Below are positions 29,515-38,114 of a stretch of DNA of 64,000 bases, piece by piece. The DNA is from a virus (lineage: Duplodnaviria > Caudoviricetes). Within the stretch, counting starts at the first letter, position 1; each line of letters begins with the position of its first letter. The notes under the pieces were generated by a model that worked only from the letters and a program-made list of their open reading frames with translations, was not told where the DNA came from and did no database searches. The position numbers were made by a program, and so were the translations under genes. The stretch lies in IMG/VR virus record IMGVR_UViG_3300032306_000439, positions 1-64,000 of that record. One strand, written 5' to 3'.

Positions 29515-30056
29515 GAGTAGTGTGCCACACTGACGGCAGTGCTAGCCCTAACCCCGGACCTACTAGAATCGGAGTTCTGATAGAAGACTCCAATGGCGAG
29601 CCTCTGATGGCCATCTCGGACAGCACTGGGATTGGCACATCCAACACGGCCGAGTACAAGGCGATCTTAAGAGCTCTTCAGGAATCTAAAAAGCTGGGGG
29701 CTACCAAGGTCACGCTTTACACGGACTCCCAGTTGTGCGAGAGACAGCTGAACGGAATCTACTCGGTGTCAGGTCAGCTCCGAGAGCTGCACGAGAAAGT
29801 ACTCGAAGAGGCCAAGGCCTTCGAGGTTGCTCGGTTCCGATGGATTGCAAGAACCGAGGGCAAGCAGCCCCTGGTAGACACGCTAGCCGAAGGTGGTCGA
29901 AAGGCCTTCGAGATTCTAAGGAGTATAAATGATAGGCCTAGAGCTGACGGAGCGAGAAGAGAAGCAGACCCAGGCACAGAGCCAGACGACGAATCTGGAG
30001 CTGCCGGGGGGCTATTTGAGCAACAGTCGGATCCAGATGTACCAGGCTTGCCCTGA
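29511..30056 (+). CDS. rnhA: Ribonuclease HI
   Basis: HTDGSASPNPG, TSNTAEYKA, YTDSQL, WIAR...VDTLA motifs. Confidence 0.9.
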   Translation: MRVVCHTDGSASPNPGPTRIGVLIEDSNGEPLMAISDSTGIGTSNTAEYKAILRALQESKKLGATKVTLYTDSQLCERQLNGIYSVSGQLRELHEKVLEEAKAFEVARFRWIARTEGKQPLVDTLAEGGRKAFEILRSINDRPRADGARREADPGTEPDDESGAAGGLFEQQSDPDVPGLP

Positions 30057-30759
30057 GGCCTTCCGTAGGACCTACGTTGACGGTGTAAGAAGCCCTTCCA
30101 ACCCTAAGATGGCCGTAGGCAAGAGCGTACATGCTCTGGTTGAGAGGGCCCTCAAGGGAAAGATGCTTGGATCCATGCCAAGCCTAGAGCAGAGCCTGGA
30201 CGAGGCCTCCGAGGTAGTGGCCAACGAGTTTGTCGGAGTAGAAGTAAACCCAGGAGATTCCGACTCCCCGGATCCAGCAGCAAACGTGGACAAAGTACGA
30301 AGGCTGTTCAAGACCTGGATGGAGGTTAGAGCTTCTTCCATCGTACCCTTGGGGGTCGAGGAGGAGTTCAACGTCATGGTCAATGGGGTGCCTGTGAAGG
30401 GCATCATTGACCTAGTAGACGGAGCCCACGGCAAGAAGACCGTGGTTGACCTAAAGGTCACCGGCAGAAAGAAGACCGAGAGGGATCTGCGCAACAGCCT
30501 GCAGCTCTCCCTTTATTCCTACGTGAAGAAGACCCCCTACGTAGGATTCGATTCTATCGTTAACAAGGAGGTGCCTAGCGTAGAGATAGTAAGAGGAGCG
30601 TACTCACCGGAAGAGATGCAGTGGCCCGCAGAGGTTGTATTGAGCACTGCTAAGGCGATCAGCGCCGGGGTATTCCCCCATGCTGCCCCAGACAGCTGGA
30701 AGTGCAGCAAGGAGTTCTGTTCCTTTTGGAAAGACTGTCGAGGCAAGTCCCGTACCTGA
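29929..30759 (+). CDS. PD-(D/E)XK nuclease (RecB/Cas4-like)
   Basis: LSNSRI...CP, GKSVH, GIIDLV, VVDLKVT, QLSLY, C-terminal Cys cluster. Confidence 0.85.
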   Translation: MIGLELTEREEKQTQAQSQTTNLELPGGYLSNSRIQMYQACPEAFRRTYVDGVRSPSNPKMAVGKSVHALVERALKGKMLGSMPSLEQSLDEASEVVANEFVGVEVNPGDSDSPDPAANVDKVRRLFKTWMEVRASSIVPLGVEEEFNVMVNGVPVKGIIDLVDGAHGKKTVVDLKVTGRKKTERDLRNSLQLSLYSYVKKTPYVGFDSIVNKEVPSVEIVRGAYSPEEMQWPAEVVLSTAKAISAGVFPHAAPDSWKCSKEFCSFWKDCRGKSRT

Positions 30760-30813
30760 GTGTGGCAAGGTCAGGCCCTTGCCATTTCGGCAAGGTATGG
30801 GAGGAGTTAGACG

Positions 30814-31032
30814 TTGAGTATCAAAGGCATGGACAGAACCACCCTCAAGAACTACGTGAAGTACATGGATGAGGGACTCAAGATGATGAAAAGAGTCCCG
30901 TTCAAGAACCCAAAGACGGCAATCACGATTGCAGCCTTGGCTGCTGCCGTTGACGTGTTGCGCAAGGCTCTGGAAGATTCCGGGGTCCCAGGCTTGATCC
31001 TTATGGAAGGTGGAAAGACCGATGCTAATTAA
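30814..31032 (+). CDS. Hypothetical protein
   Basis: 72 aa; GGAGGAG RBS before TTG. Confidence 0.65.
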   Translation: MSIKGMDRTTLKNYVKYMDEGLKMMKRVPFKNPKTAITIAALAAAVDVLRKALEDSGVPGLILMEGGKTDAN

Positions 31033-31888
31033 TCTAGACGACATCAACATCGACGAGACCAAGAACGCCCGTTCCGACTACGGGGATCTTGACGAGTTCA
31101 AGACCCGAATCCGGGCCTTCGGACTCTGGGGCTCCGTTCAGGTCTCCAAGAGCGACAACCCTGACGGCAAGCCATGGAACCTGGAGAACGGGTTCCGCCG
31201 CCTGACGGCTGTGAAGATGCTCCTCGAGGAGGGCATCAACATGACCGACGACGGCGCGGACTTGACCCTTATCCCGGCCGAGGAGATCCCGGCTGAGATG
31301 AGCGAGCTCCGCAAGGCGGAGTTGCTGCTGGCCATCAACACCAGCGGTAAGAGCTGGACCCCCTATGAGCAGGCCCAGCAGATCCGCATCCTCTTGGACA
31401 ACGGCGTCACCCAGGCGGAGATCGAGAAGCGCTTGGGCCTGAAGAGCCTGGCGGTCACGCAGCGCTTGGCGTTGCTCAGTGCTCCCCAGGCTATCCAGGA
31501 CGCCCTCAAGGAGGACAAGATCAGCGCCACTCATGCTCGGGCCATCCTTCGGGTTCCCGACGAGGGCCTGCAGGAGCGTCTTGTCGAGGAGGTCAGCGCC
31601 TCGAAGATCGGTGTTCAGGATCTTGAGGAGCTGGTGGACGAGGCCATCGACGAGGCCGTAGAGAAGGGCGCAAAGGACCCGCGCCGCAAGAAGGCCGCCA
31701 AGGAGGCCAAGGCCGCTCCGACCCCAGCGACCCCGGCTCCCAAGAGCGGCTGGGCTTTCAAGTCGGAGGCTGAGATCCGGGCAGAGCTGGTCAAGTTCGA
31801 GAAGGACCTCGAGGACTGCAGCGACCCGATCACCACCGCAGAGCTGGCCGGCTACGTCTCGGCTCTCAAGTGGGTCCTGAATGCCTAA
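31010..31888 (+). CDS. ParB-like protein
   Basis: NAR, ENGFRRLTA (ParB GxRR box), HTH TQAEIEKRLG, ISATHARAIL; start may be ATG 31022. Confidence 0.85.
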   Translation: MERPMLINLDDINIDETKNARSDYGDLDEFKTRIRAFGLWGSVQVSKSDNPDGKPWNLENGFRRLTAVKMLLEEGINMTDDGADLTLIPAEEIPAEMSELRKAELLLAINTSGKSWTPYEQAQQIRILLDNGVTQAEIEKRLGLKSLAVTQRLALLSAPQAIQDALKEDKISATHARAILRVPDEGLQERLVEEVSASKIGVQDLEELVDEAIDEAVEKGAKDPRRKKAAKEAKAAPTPATPAPKSGWAFKSEAEIRAELVKFEKDLEDCSDPITTAELAGYVSALKWVLNA

Positions 31889-32237
31889 GCAAGTAACTAT
31901 TCACAAGGTAGTTACTGCGCTCCTGCCCGACATTGACATCCCCTTGGAGGAGATCGAGCCGGCTGAGATTTGGAAGCTGATCGACCAGATTGGCAAGGTT
32001 GTTAGGACGGAGTCTGAGTTTCTAGGATCCTCGGACGCCGACCTCAGCTGCCCAGAATGCCTTGCCAGCCTGCAAGTGCTCGTGTCCAACGGCACCATCA
32101 AGATCTTTGAGGGTCAGATGGAGTTCGAGGATGTCCAGGGAATTGAGATGTCATGCTCGGAGAACGCAGACCACAAGATCCCCGAGTCTTACGCCGAGAA
32201 GGTCAGGCTCGGCTTAAATCAAAAGACGTCGGAGTAA
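31881..32237 (+). CDS. Hypothetical protein (CPEC...C...H)
   Basis: 118 aa, coupled to the ParB-like gene. Confidence 0.65.
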   Translation: MPKQVTIHKVVTALLPDIDIPLEEIEPAEIWKLIDQIGKVVRTESEFLGSSDADLSCPECLASLQVLVSNGTIKIFEGQMEFEDVQGIEMSCSENADHKIPESYAEKVRLGLNQKTSE

Positions 32238-33043
32238 GACGTAACTCCGTCATGCTCCATCCACCTCTTGAGCTTGGCCAGGGCATCAAACTTAATCTGC
32301 CTGACTCTTTCCGAGCTAAGACCTAGGTGGGTGGAGATTTGTTTTAGCTTTAAGCCGTCTTCGTCGTTCATCATCCCGTAGTACGCCCTGAGTATGAACT
32401 GCTCTCTGACGGTAAGAAACCTAAACCACCTAGAGAACAGCTCTGAGGCCTCACCCACGCTGCGATCCATGTCGTCGTTGGGTACTAAGACAGTTCCTGA
32501 CGATAGCAGCTCGGACTCAGGGACATCAGATAAGTCTATGTACACAGGCGTGTTACGGGACCGCAGTTCTTCTGGCACCTTCTCACGAGAGTAGGAGGAC
32601 TGCATTCTAGTCCTCTTCTCTCTGGAGGTGGGGGCTACAATGTCGTTCTGCATTGTAAGCTCATTACGTATGTGCAGAAGTATCCAGAAGGAGGCGTATG
32701 AAGAGAACTTAGTGCCACGTTCAGGATCAAAGCGTTCAACGGCTTCAAGAAGGCCCACGTTACCTGAGGATATCAACCTCTTTAATGTAGACAGGTCCTT
32801 GTCCATCCAATATCGTCTAGCAAGAGAGAAGACGAGCTTGAGGCAAGATTCGACAAGGACCCTCCTAATGTCCTTGTCTTTGTTATCCCTGTACTTTATA
32901 AAGAGGTCTTTCTCCTCGTCAGCACCCAGAGTCCTGACCCTGGAGAGATCGTTGTAGTAGGCGTCCAAGGATTCATCAGATGCCGACAGGGGATTCTTTT
33001 TTCTTTTTCTCTCCACAGGCGAATTAGTGTCTTCCTTGGACAT
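32219..33043 (-). CDS. Sigma-70 family sigma factor
   Basis: Region 1.2 LDAYYNDL, region 2 GNVGLLEAVERFDPERGTKFSSYASFWI, region 4 LTVREQFIL...LGLSSERVRQI. Confidence 0.92.
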   Translation of the reverse strand: MSKEDTNSPVERKRKKNPLSASDESLDAYYNDLSRVRTLGADEEKDLFIKYRDNKDKDIRRVLVESCLKLVFSLARRYWMDKDLSTLKRLISSGNVGLLEAVERFDPERGTKFSSYASFWILLHIRNELTMQNDIVAPTSREKRTRMQSSYSREKVPEELRSRNTPVYIDLSDVPESELLSSGTVLVPNDDMDRSVGEASELFSRWFRFLTVREQFILRAYYGMMNDEDGLKLKQISTHLGLSSERVRQIKFDALAKLKRWMEHDGVTSYSDVF

Positions 33044-33135
33044 GGTATCCCCACTTTCGGTTGAATGTGCCCAACTGTGGGTGTATCTTTACACCCCCTC
33101 TACTTGCCATGGCAAGAGATAATCAAGGAGAAGCA

Positions 33136-33987
33136 ATGTCTGACATCGTTTTGGCCCAAGACTTAACGGCGCTGGCCACGCTGACCGACGACCAGCAGGA
33201 CATGCTGGCCAACATCCTGGCTCGATTCTCCGGGGCTTCCTCGGGTCCCATCGGCATTGACGTTGGTGAGGGAGAGGGCCAGCCCCTACGCTTGCCAGTC
33301 CTCAAGATCCGTCAGCGCATGACCACGGACCCCGGCTGCCCTGACACGGCCCGCGACGGCGACCTTTACACCACGGCGGGCGACCTTATCCCCCGTCCAG
33401 TCAAGTTCATGCCTCTCGCCATCTGGACTTCCCACACGAAGTTCGAGAGCGGTGGTGGTCGCAATGTCGAGTGCTACAGCCCTGACTCCAAGCAGGGCAG
33501 CACGTTTGGTAAGTGCTCGGCGTGCCCCTACGAGCCCTGGAAGGGCGGCAACAAGACGGAGTGTGACCGGACGCTCAACGCTATCATCATGACCGATAGC
33601 CTGGCGCTCTTCCACGTCCGCTTCGCCAGCATGAGCTACCCTGCGGGCAAGAACCTTATCAGGTTTGCTCGCGCCATGCCAAACCTGTGGTCCCGCTACT
33701 TCAAGCTCGAGACCTCGAGCCGCAAGAACCAGAAGGGCGAGTTCCAGGTCTTCGAGGTCAAGGCGGTCCAGGACGCCCCATCGGCTGACGTGCAGAAGGT
33801 CGGTGAGTTCGTGTGCCGACAGCTGGCCGAGTCCCGCAAGGGCATGCTCGAGAACTTCTATTCTCGGGTAAACGGAGGCGGTGCTCCCTCGGGTGACGTT
33901 CAGCCCGTGACCATCCTGAACAAGGACGGTTCGCAGGTCAAGGTCGTCACTATCGACAACGAGGAGCCTGACTTCTCCGACATGTGA
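33136..33987 (+). CDS. Putative single-stranded DNA-binding protein
   Basis: Start at ATG 33136 after AAGGAG; Cys cluster; acidic/aromatic C-terminus EEPDFSDM; first gene of the replication operon. Confidence 0.55.
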   Translation: MSDIVLAQDLTALATLTDDQQDMLANILARFSGASSGPIGIDVGEGEGQPLRLPVLKIRQRMTTDPGCPDTARDGDLYTTAGDLIPRPVKFMPLAIWTSHTKFESGGGRNVECYSPDSKQGSTFGKCSACPYEPWKGGNKTECDRTLNAIIMTDSLALFHVRFASMSYPAGKNLIRFARAMPNLWSRYFKLETSSRKNQKGEFQVFEVKAVQDAPSADVQKVGEFVCRQLAESRKGMLENFYSRVNGGGAPSGDVQPVTILNKDGSQVKVVTIDNEEPDFSDM

Positions 33988-34784
33988 GGCGGGTGGCGTA
34001 CATGACTATCTTTGCCCAGTCAGTCCTTAACTTAGCTCCATGGTCAGTCTCTAAAGCCGAGACTGCCGTGAAGTGCCCGTTAAAGTTTAGGCACCAGTAC
34101 ATCAGCAAGACCGAGGTCCCAAAGGACAAGCAGCCGGAGTTAAGCGACTCCAGCTTAAAGATCGGTAGTGCTGTTCACTACTATGCCGAGCTTCTGGCGC
34201 GAAACCTAAAGCCTGCAGACGCAGAGAGAAGGGTGCTAGAAAAGCACTCGATGCTCAGCACTGAGCAGGAAGAATTTGACCTCCTCAAGAACGGGGTCGA
34301 GGACTTCCAGTCCAGGGTTGTTACGTTCAAGCAGGCGAAGGGCTTTGATCAGGACTTAATTGAAAAGAAGCTAGCTATTAGCCCTGACTTAGCGCCAGTG
34401 GACTACTGGGACAAGGGGGCCCTGCTACGGTGGGTCGTAGACAGGGCCCTCATATCTAAAGACGGCAGGTACGCCATAATTTTAGATATCAAAACCGGCA
34501 AGTCAGCTTCGCTCAAGTGGTCCAGAGATCAGCTTAACGCATACATCTTTGGCGCCTTGGCCTACTGGCCTAAAGTTGAGATGGTCCAATGTGCTCTATA
34601 CTTTGTACCTGACAGGCAGCTCCTATGGGACGACAAGGTATGGCGTAAGGACTATAGCTTAGGTGGGGATAACCCTACCGTAGCCCTCCTCAACAAGGCC
34701 GCTGAAGAGGCTGCGTTAGAGGAGTACAGAGAAGGCAAGCACTGTAGTTGGTGCTCTTACCGCCTGATATGTCCGAGGAGCTAG
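33984..34784 (+). CDS. PD-(D/E)XK nuclease (Cas4-like)
   Basis: WSVSK...CP, GSAVH, VVDRA, LDIKTGK, QLNAY, CSWCSYRLIC. Confidence 0.85.
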   Translation: MRRVAYMTIFAQSVLNLAPWSVSKAETAVKCPLKFRHQYISKTEVPKDKQPELSDSSLKIGSAVHYYAELLARNLKPADAERRVLEKHSMLSTEQEEFDLLKNGVEDFQSRVVTFKQAKGFDQDLIEKKLAISPDLAPVDYWDKGALLRWVVDRALISKDGRYAIILDIKTGKSASLKWSRDQLNAYIFGALAYWPKVEMVQCALYFVPDRQLLWDDKVWRKDYSLGGDNPTVALLNKAAEEAALEEYREGKHCSWCSYRLICPRS

Positions 34785-34799
34785 TAGATTTGGAGGGTT

Positions 34800-37700
34800 A
34801 TGTCGACCTCGGCAAAGACGCGCTCTTTCACGGGAAAGCAGTTCAAAGAGGTATGGAGAGACATCAGCCTTGCTGACTGGCTGGTGGTTGTTTCTGAAGC
34901 GCGCCCTGACGGCGGTTGGAAGATCAAGGGAGATAGCATAGAGGGGCGTTGCCCCTTCCCAAATCACCAGGACTCTAGCCCCTCATTCAACATGAGGCCG
35001 GCTAAGGGTATAGCCAAGTGCTACGGCTGCCAGAAGGGCAGCACAAATCCGGTCCACTTCGTTGCCGACATGCGGGGAACGAGCTGGTCAGACGCGCTCC
35101 TGTATCTAAGGAGGAAGTTCAACCTTAAGTCTCTCAGTGCTAAGATGACTGACGAGCTTCAGGAACAAGAGCGTCACCTGATTATCAAGTCCTCTCTGGC
35201 CGACATGTTCGCCCGGGCGCTGGAGTTCTCTATCCAGGCCTTAGAGAGTGACCCTAACGACCCTGCCTTCCAGTACGCCACTGCGTGCGTCAAGTACTTG
35301 GAGGCCCGCAAGATCCCCATGGACTTGACGGTCATAAAGGCTCTGCCTATCGGCATCCTGCCTCCGTTGACCATTATGAAGGCGATGCTGGGCAGCAAGT
35401 ACTCTATGTGCATGCCTGCCATAGAGAAGTACATAACTGCTGACTATATAGGCAGCTTGGTCTTCGTCTACCACAACACGCCTTTCTCGGTCGGCGGTTT
35501 CAAGATAAGGGCAGACTTCCTGCGTAGCGAAGGGCGCAGGGACATTATCTACGTCAAGAACCTAGACGAATCCCCCATCGGGCTCTTCGGGCTTGGTCAC
35601 TACAAGGCTCTGCTTAGACCTTCTGGTGGTAGCGGCTCCGACGTGGTCATTGTTGAGGGCGAGTTTGACGCTCTCTCCAACATGGCTAACCAGGTAAAGA
35701 GCGGCGGGTCCTACGACGTGGTATTGGCTACTGGCGGTTCGTCAGAGCAGTACCTTGACCCTCTTCAGGACTTCGGTATCAGCAGGGCTCTGCTTGTTCC
35801 CGACGCGCCTGAGCATGGTGGAGACACCATTGCCAAAGGGTGGCTTACGTCCAACACCCTTCCGATGAAGCTCTTTACTTGGCCCGAAACCGTAAAGGCC
35901 AAGGACCCAGACGACGCCATCAAGACGTATGGGTTCGATGTATGGAGCCAGCACCTTAACGAGATTGACCCGCAGTCAGGCGACAGGAAGCACTTTTGCT
36001 TCCCGCACATCTGGGCCATAGCTGCCCTCAAAGACCGTCTATCCAAGGTGGACCCTGACGACGTTCGTCGCATCAAGCAGGAGTGCGGAGAGGTTGGCCT
36101 GGCCCTAAGAGAGGCCACGGAGCAGAGAGCTTACATAAGCGCTGCTACTCTAGCTACAGGCCTCATGCCGTCAGACATCCTGTCCATGATTATTGGCAGG
36201 GACTCTACAGAGCAGGGGTTTGTCCAGAAGATAATCTTCGCGCTCAAGCAGGAGTACTCGTTCATAGGCAGCGAGCCGTCGAAGATGGGCGGCACTCGGG
36301 TGCAGTTCTGGCACAAAGAGAAGCGCATGATACGTAGCTGCAACGTAGCCAAGCCTTCGGATATGTTCAGCACGTTCAACGTAGACCTGGGCAACTTCAT
36401 TGACTGGGTTAGGGACAACGTAGGTACGCCTGACTGGGCTCAGTACAAGCGGATTGGTAAGGCCACCATCCCGATGAGCCTCATTGAGCAGGAGGCGCTT
36501 CTAAAGAAGTACGTTGAGTTTGCTGTCACCGCGCTGCTTAAAGAGCTTCCTACACTCGACAACCTGACAGAGCTAAAGGCTGGCAGCCACTACTTGGAGC
36601 ACCGAGTAAATGGAAAGAGCCACAGGCGCTGGGTTGTAGTTAACGGCAACGACGTCTACCTAGGTATACCTGGCCAGGGTCTAGTGGAGTGGCGCAGGCT
36701 TGATGGCCCGAAGTTTGGAGACTACTTCATCAATCTTTCTCGGCCCAGATGGTCTAACGAAATAAACGAGGCCAAGGACCTGATTGACGGTAACTCCATG
36801 GATATCAAGGATGCCTACAACTTCCTTGAGGACATCCTTAATCGAGGCTGGAAGTTCCAGAACCAGATCGAGGACTGCCAGTACCTGTCCGCCGCCATGA
36901 TGCTCAACTCGGTGTGCGCCGCTCTGCCCCGGCAGCTATACACTATTATTAACGGCACTCGAGGCTCAGGTAAGTCGAGCTTCTTGTCCCTGCTGACTAG
37001 CACTAACTACGAGATGAGAGTGCTTGAGGCGTCCTTCGGTATGGACAGCTACACCGAGGCAGGTTTCCGTAAGGAGATGAACAACTGCTCTCTCGGCGCG
37101 GTACTGGACGAGTTTGAGGACACTGGCGGAGACTCCCACAGCAGGAACGTGCGGGAGATCCTCAAGGACATTAGAGGCCTTACGTCTAACCCGGAGTGCC
37201 GAATCCTCCGTGGCAACGCGGACAACAAGGAGTCCACGTCGTATACTCTGAAGTGCCAGATATGGGCAGCAGCCATCCAGTACCTGAGAGATGAGGCTGA
37301 CATAAGCCGCTTCGTTCAGGTGCATACTGTCCTGGCAGAGGGGCACCCGCCGCCGCGCATCACGCTTGGGCAGAGGTACACGGAAGAAGACTTTACCAGG
37401 GCTCGCCGCACAATAACACTTGGGCTGTTCAGGCACGTCCCCGCCCTGCTAGACGAGGTTAAGAGCCTGCGTGACAAGTACTCGAACCCTGCAGTGATGC
37501 AGGAGCTGGCCAAGCTGGCGGGGACCGAGGTGCCCTCTAGATACCTGGACGGCGTAATCATACCCGCTGCCCTCATGTCTCTCTGTGGGCGTGACCCAGT
37601 AGAGTTCATTAACAGGTTTGTAGTCGCTAAGTCGGAAGGCCTTAAGAGAGTTGTTCAGTCAACCCACACTCACTCTCTGTTCGACCACCTCATGTCGGCA

Positions 37701-38114
37701 CAGTTTGAGTTTAAGCCTACTTCTGACGCGGATGTCAGGTACACCAACCTGAGAAACTTGCTGAGCTCGTCTACCGACAGGCCCTTGATAAACAACACTA
37801 ACACTGGGGCTAGGTACGCTGAGTTCATGTCTCCCGTCACTGGAGAGCCTTGCCGGTGGCTTATAATCGTGTGGTCTGACGCAATGCTGAACCTGCTCAA
37901 GGGAGTAGGCAGCTACAGGTACGAGACTCCGTTGAGACTTAAGCAGATGTCAGACTCAGACTCTTCCATGACTGTGCCTAACAGAGCGCTGAATCTAATA
38001 CCTGGAGGCATAAAGAATTACCTGAGGATAGGCGTAAATCTAAACGACGTGACGGTCTATGACCTCACCAGCTACATCGCACAGTGGGATAATCCAAAAA
38101 CGGAACTAGTATGA
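34800..38114 (+). CDS. DnaG-type primase fused to a P-loop helicase-like domain
   Basis: CHC2 finger CPFPNH...CYGC; TOPRIM IVEGEFDAL, VPD, KDPDD; Walker A GTRGSGKS and Walker B VLDEFE. Confidence 0.85.
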   Translation: MSTSAKTRSFTGKQFKEVWRDISLADWLVVVSEARPDGGWKIKGDSIEGRCPFPNHQDSSPSFNMRPAKGIAKCYGCQKGSTNPVHFVADMRGTSWSDALLYLRRKFNLKSLSAKMTDELQEQERHLIIKSSLADMFARALEFSIQALESDPNDPAFQYATACVKYLEARKIPMDLTVIKALPIGILPPLTIMKAMLGSKYSMCMPAIEKYITADYIGSLVFVYHNTPFSVGGFKIRADFLRSEGRRDIIYVKNLDESPIGLFGLGHYKALLRPSGGSGSDVVIVEGEFDALSNMANQVKSGGSYDVVLATGGSSEQYLDPLQDFGISRALLVPDAPEHGGDTIAKGWLTSNTLPMKLFTWPETVKAKDPDDAIKTYGFDVWSQHLNEIDPQSGDRKHFCFPHIWAIAALKDRLSKVDPDDVRRIKQECGEVGLALREATEQRAYISAATLATGLMPSDILSMIIGRDSTEQGFVQKIIFALKQEYSFIGSEPSKMGGTRVQFWHKEKRMIRSCNVAKPSDMFSTFNVDLGNFIDWVRDNVGTPDWAQYKRIGKATIPMSLIEQEALLKKYVEFAVTALLKELPTLDNLTELKAGSHYLEHRVNGKSHRRWVVVNGNDVYLGIPGQGLVEWRRLDGPKFGDYFINLSRPRWSNEINEAKDLIDGNSMDIKDAYNFLEDILNRGWKFQNQIEDCQYLSAAMMLNSVCAALPRQLYTIINGTRGSGKSSFLSLLTSTNYEMRVLEASFGMDSYTEAGFRKEMNNCSLGAVLDEFEDTGGDSHSRNVREILKDIRGLTSNPECRILRGNADNKESTSYTLKCQIWAAAIQYLRDEADISRFVQVHTVLAEGHPPPRITLGQRYTEEDFTRARRTITLGLFRHVPALLDEVKSLRDKYSNPAVMQELAKLAGTEVPSRYLDGVIIPAALMSLCGRDPVEFINRFVVAKSEGLKRVVQSTHTHSLFDHLMSAQFEFKPTSDADVRYTNLRNLLSSSTDRPLINNTNTGARYAEFMSPVTGEPCRWLIIVWSDAMLNLLKGVGSYRYETPLRLKQMSDSDSSMTVPNRALNLIPGGIKNYLRIGVNLNDVTVYDLTSYIAQWDNPKTELV

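Noticed and set aside
29929-34784. Cas4 / CRISPR adaptation module
   Set aside because: Stand-alone PD-(D/E)XK nucleases in replication operons; no cas1/cas2 or array.
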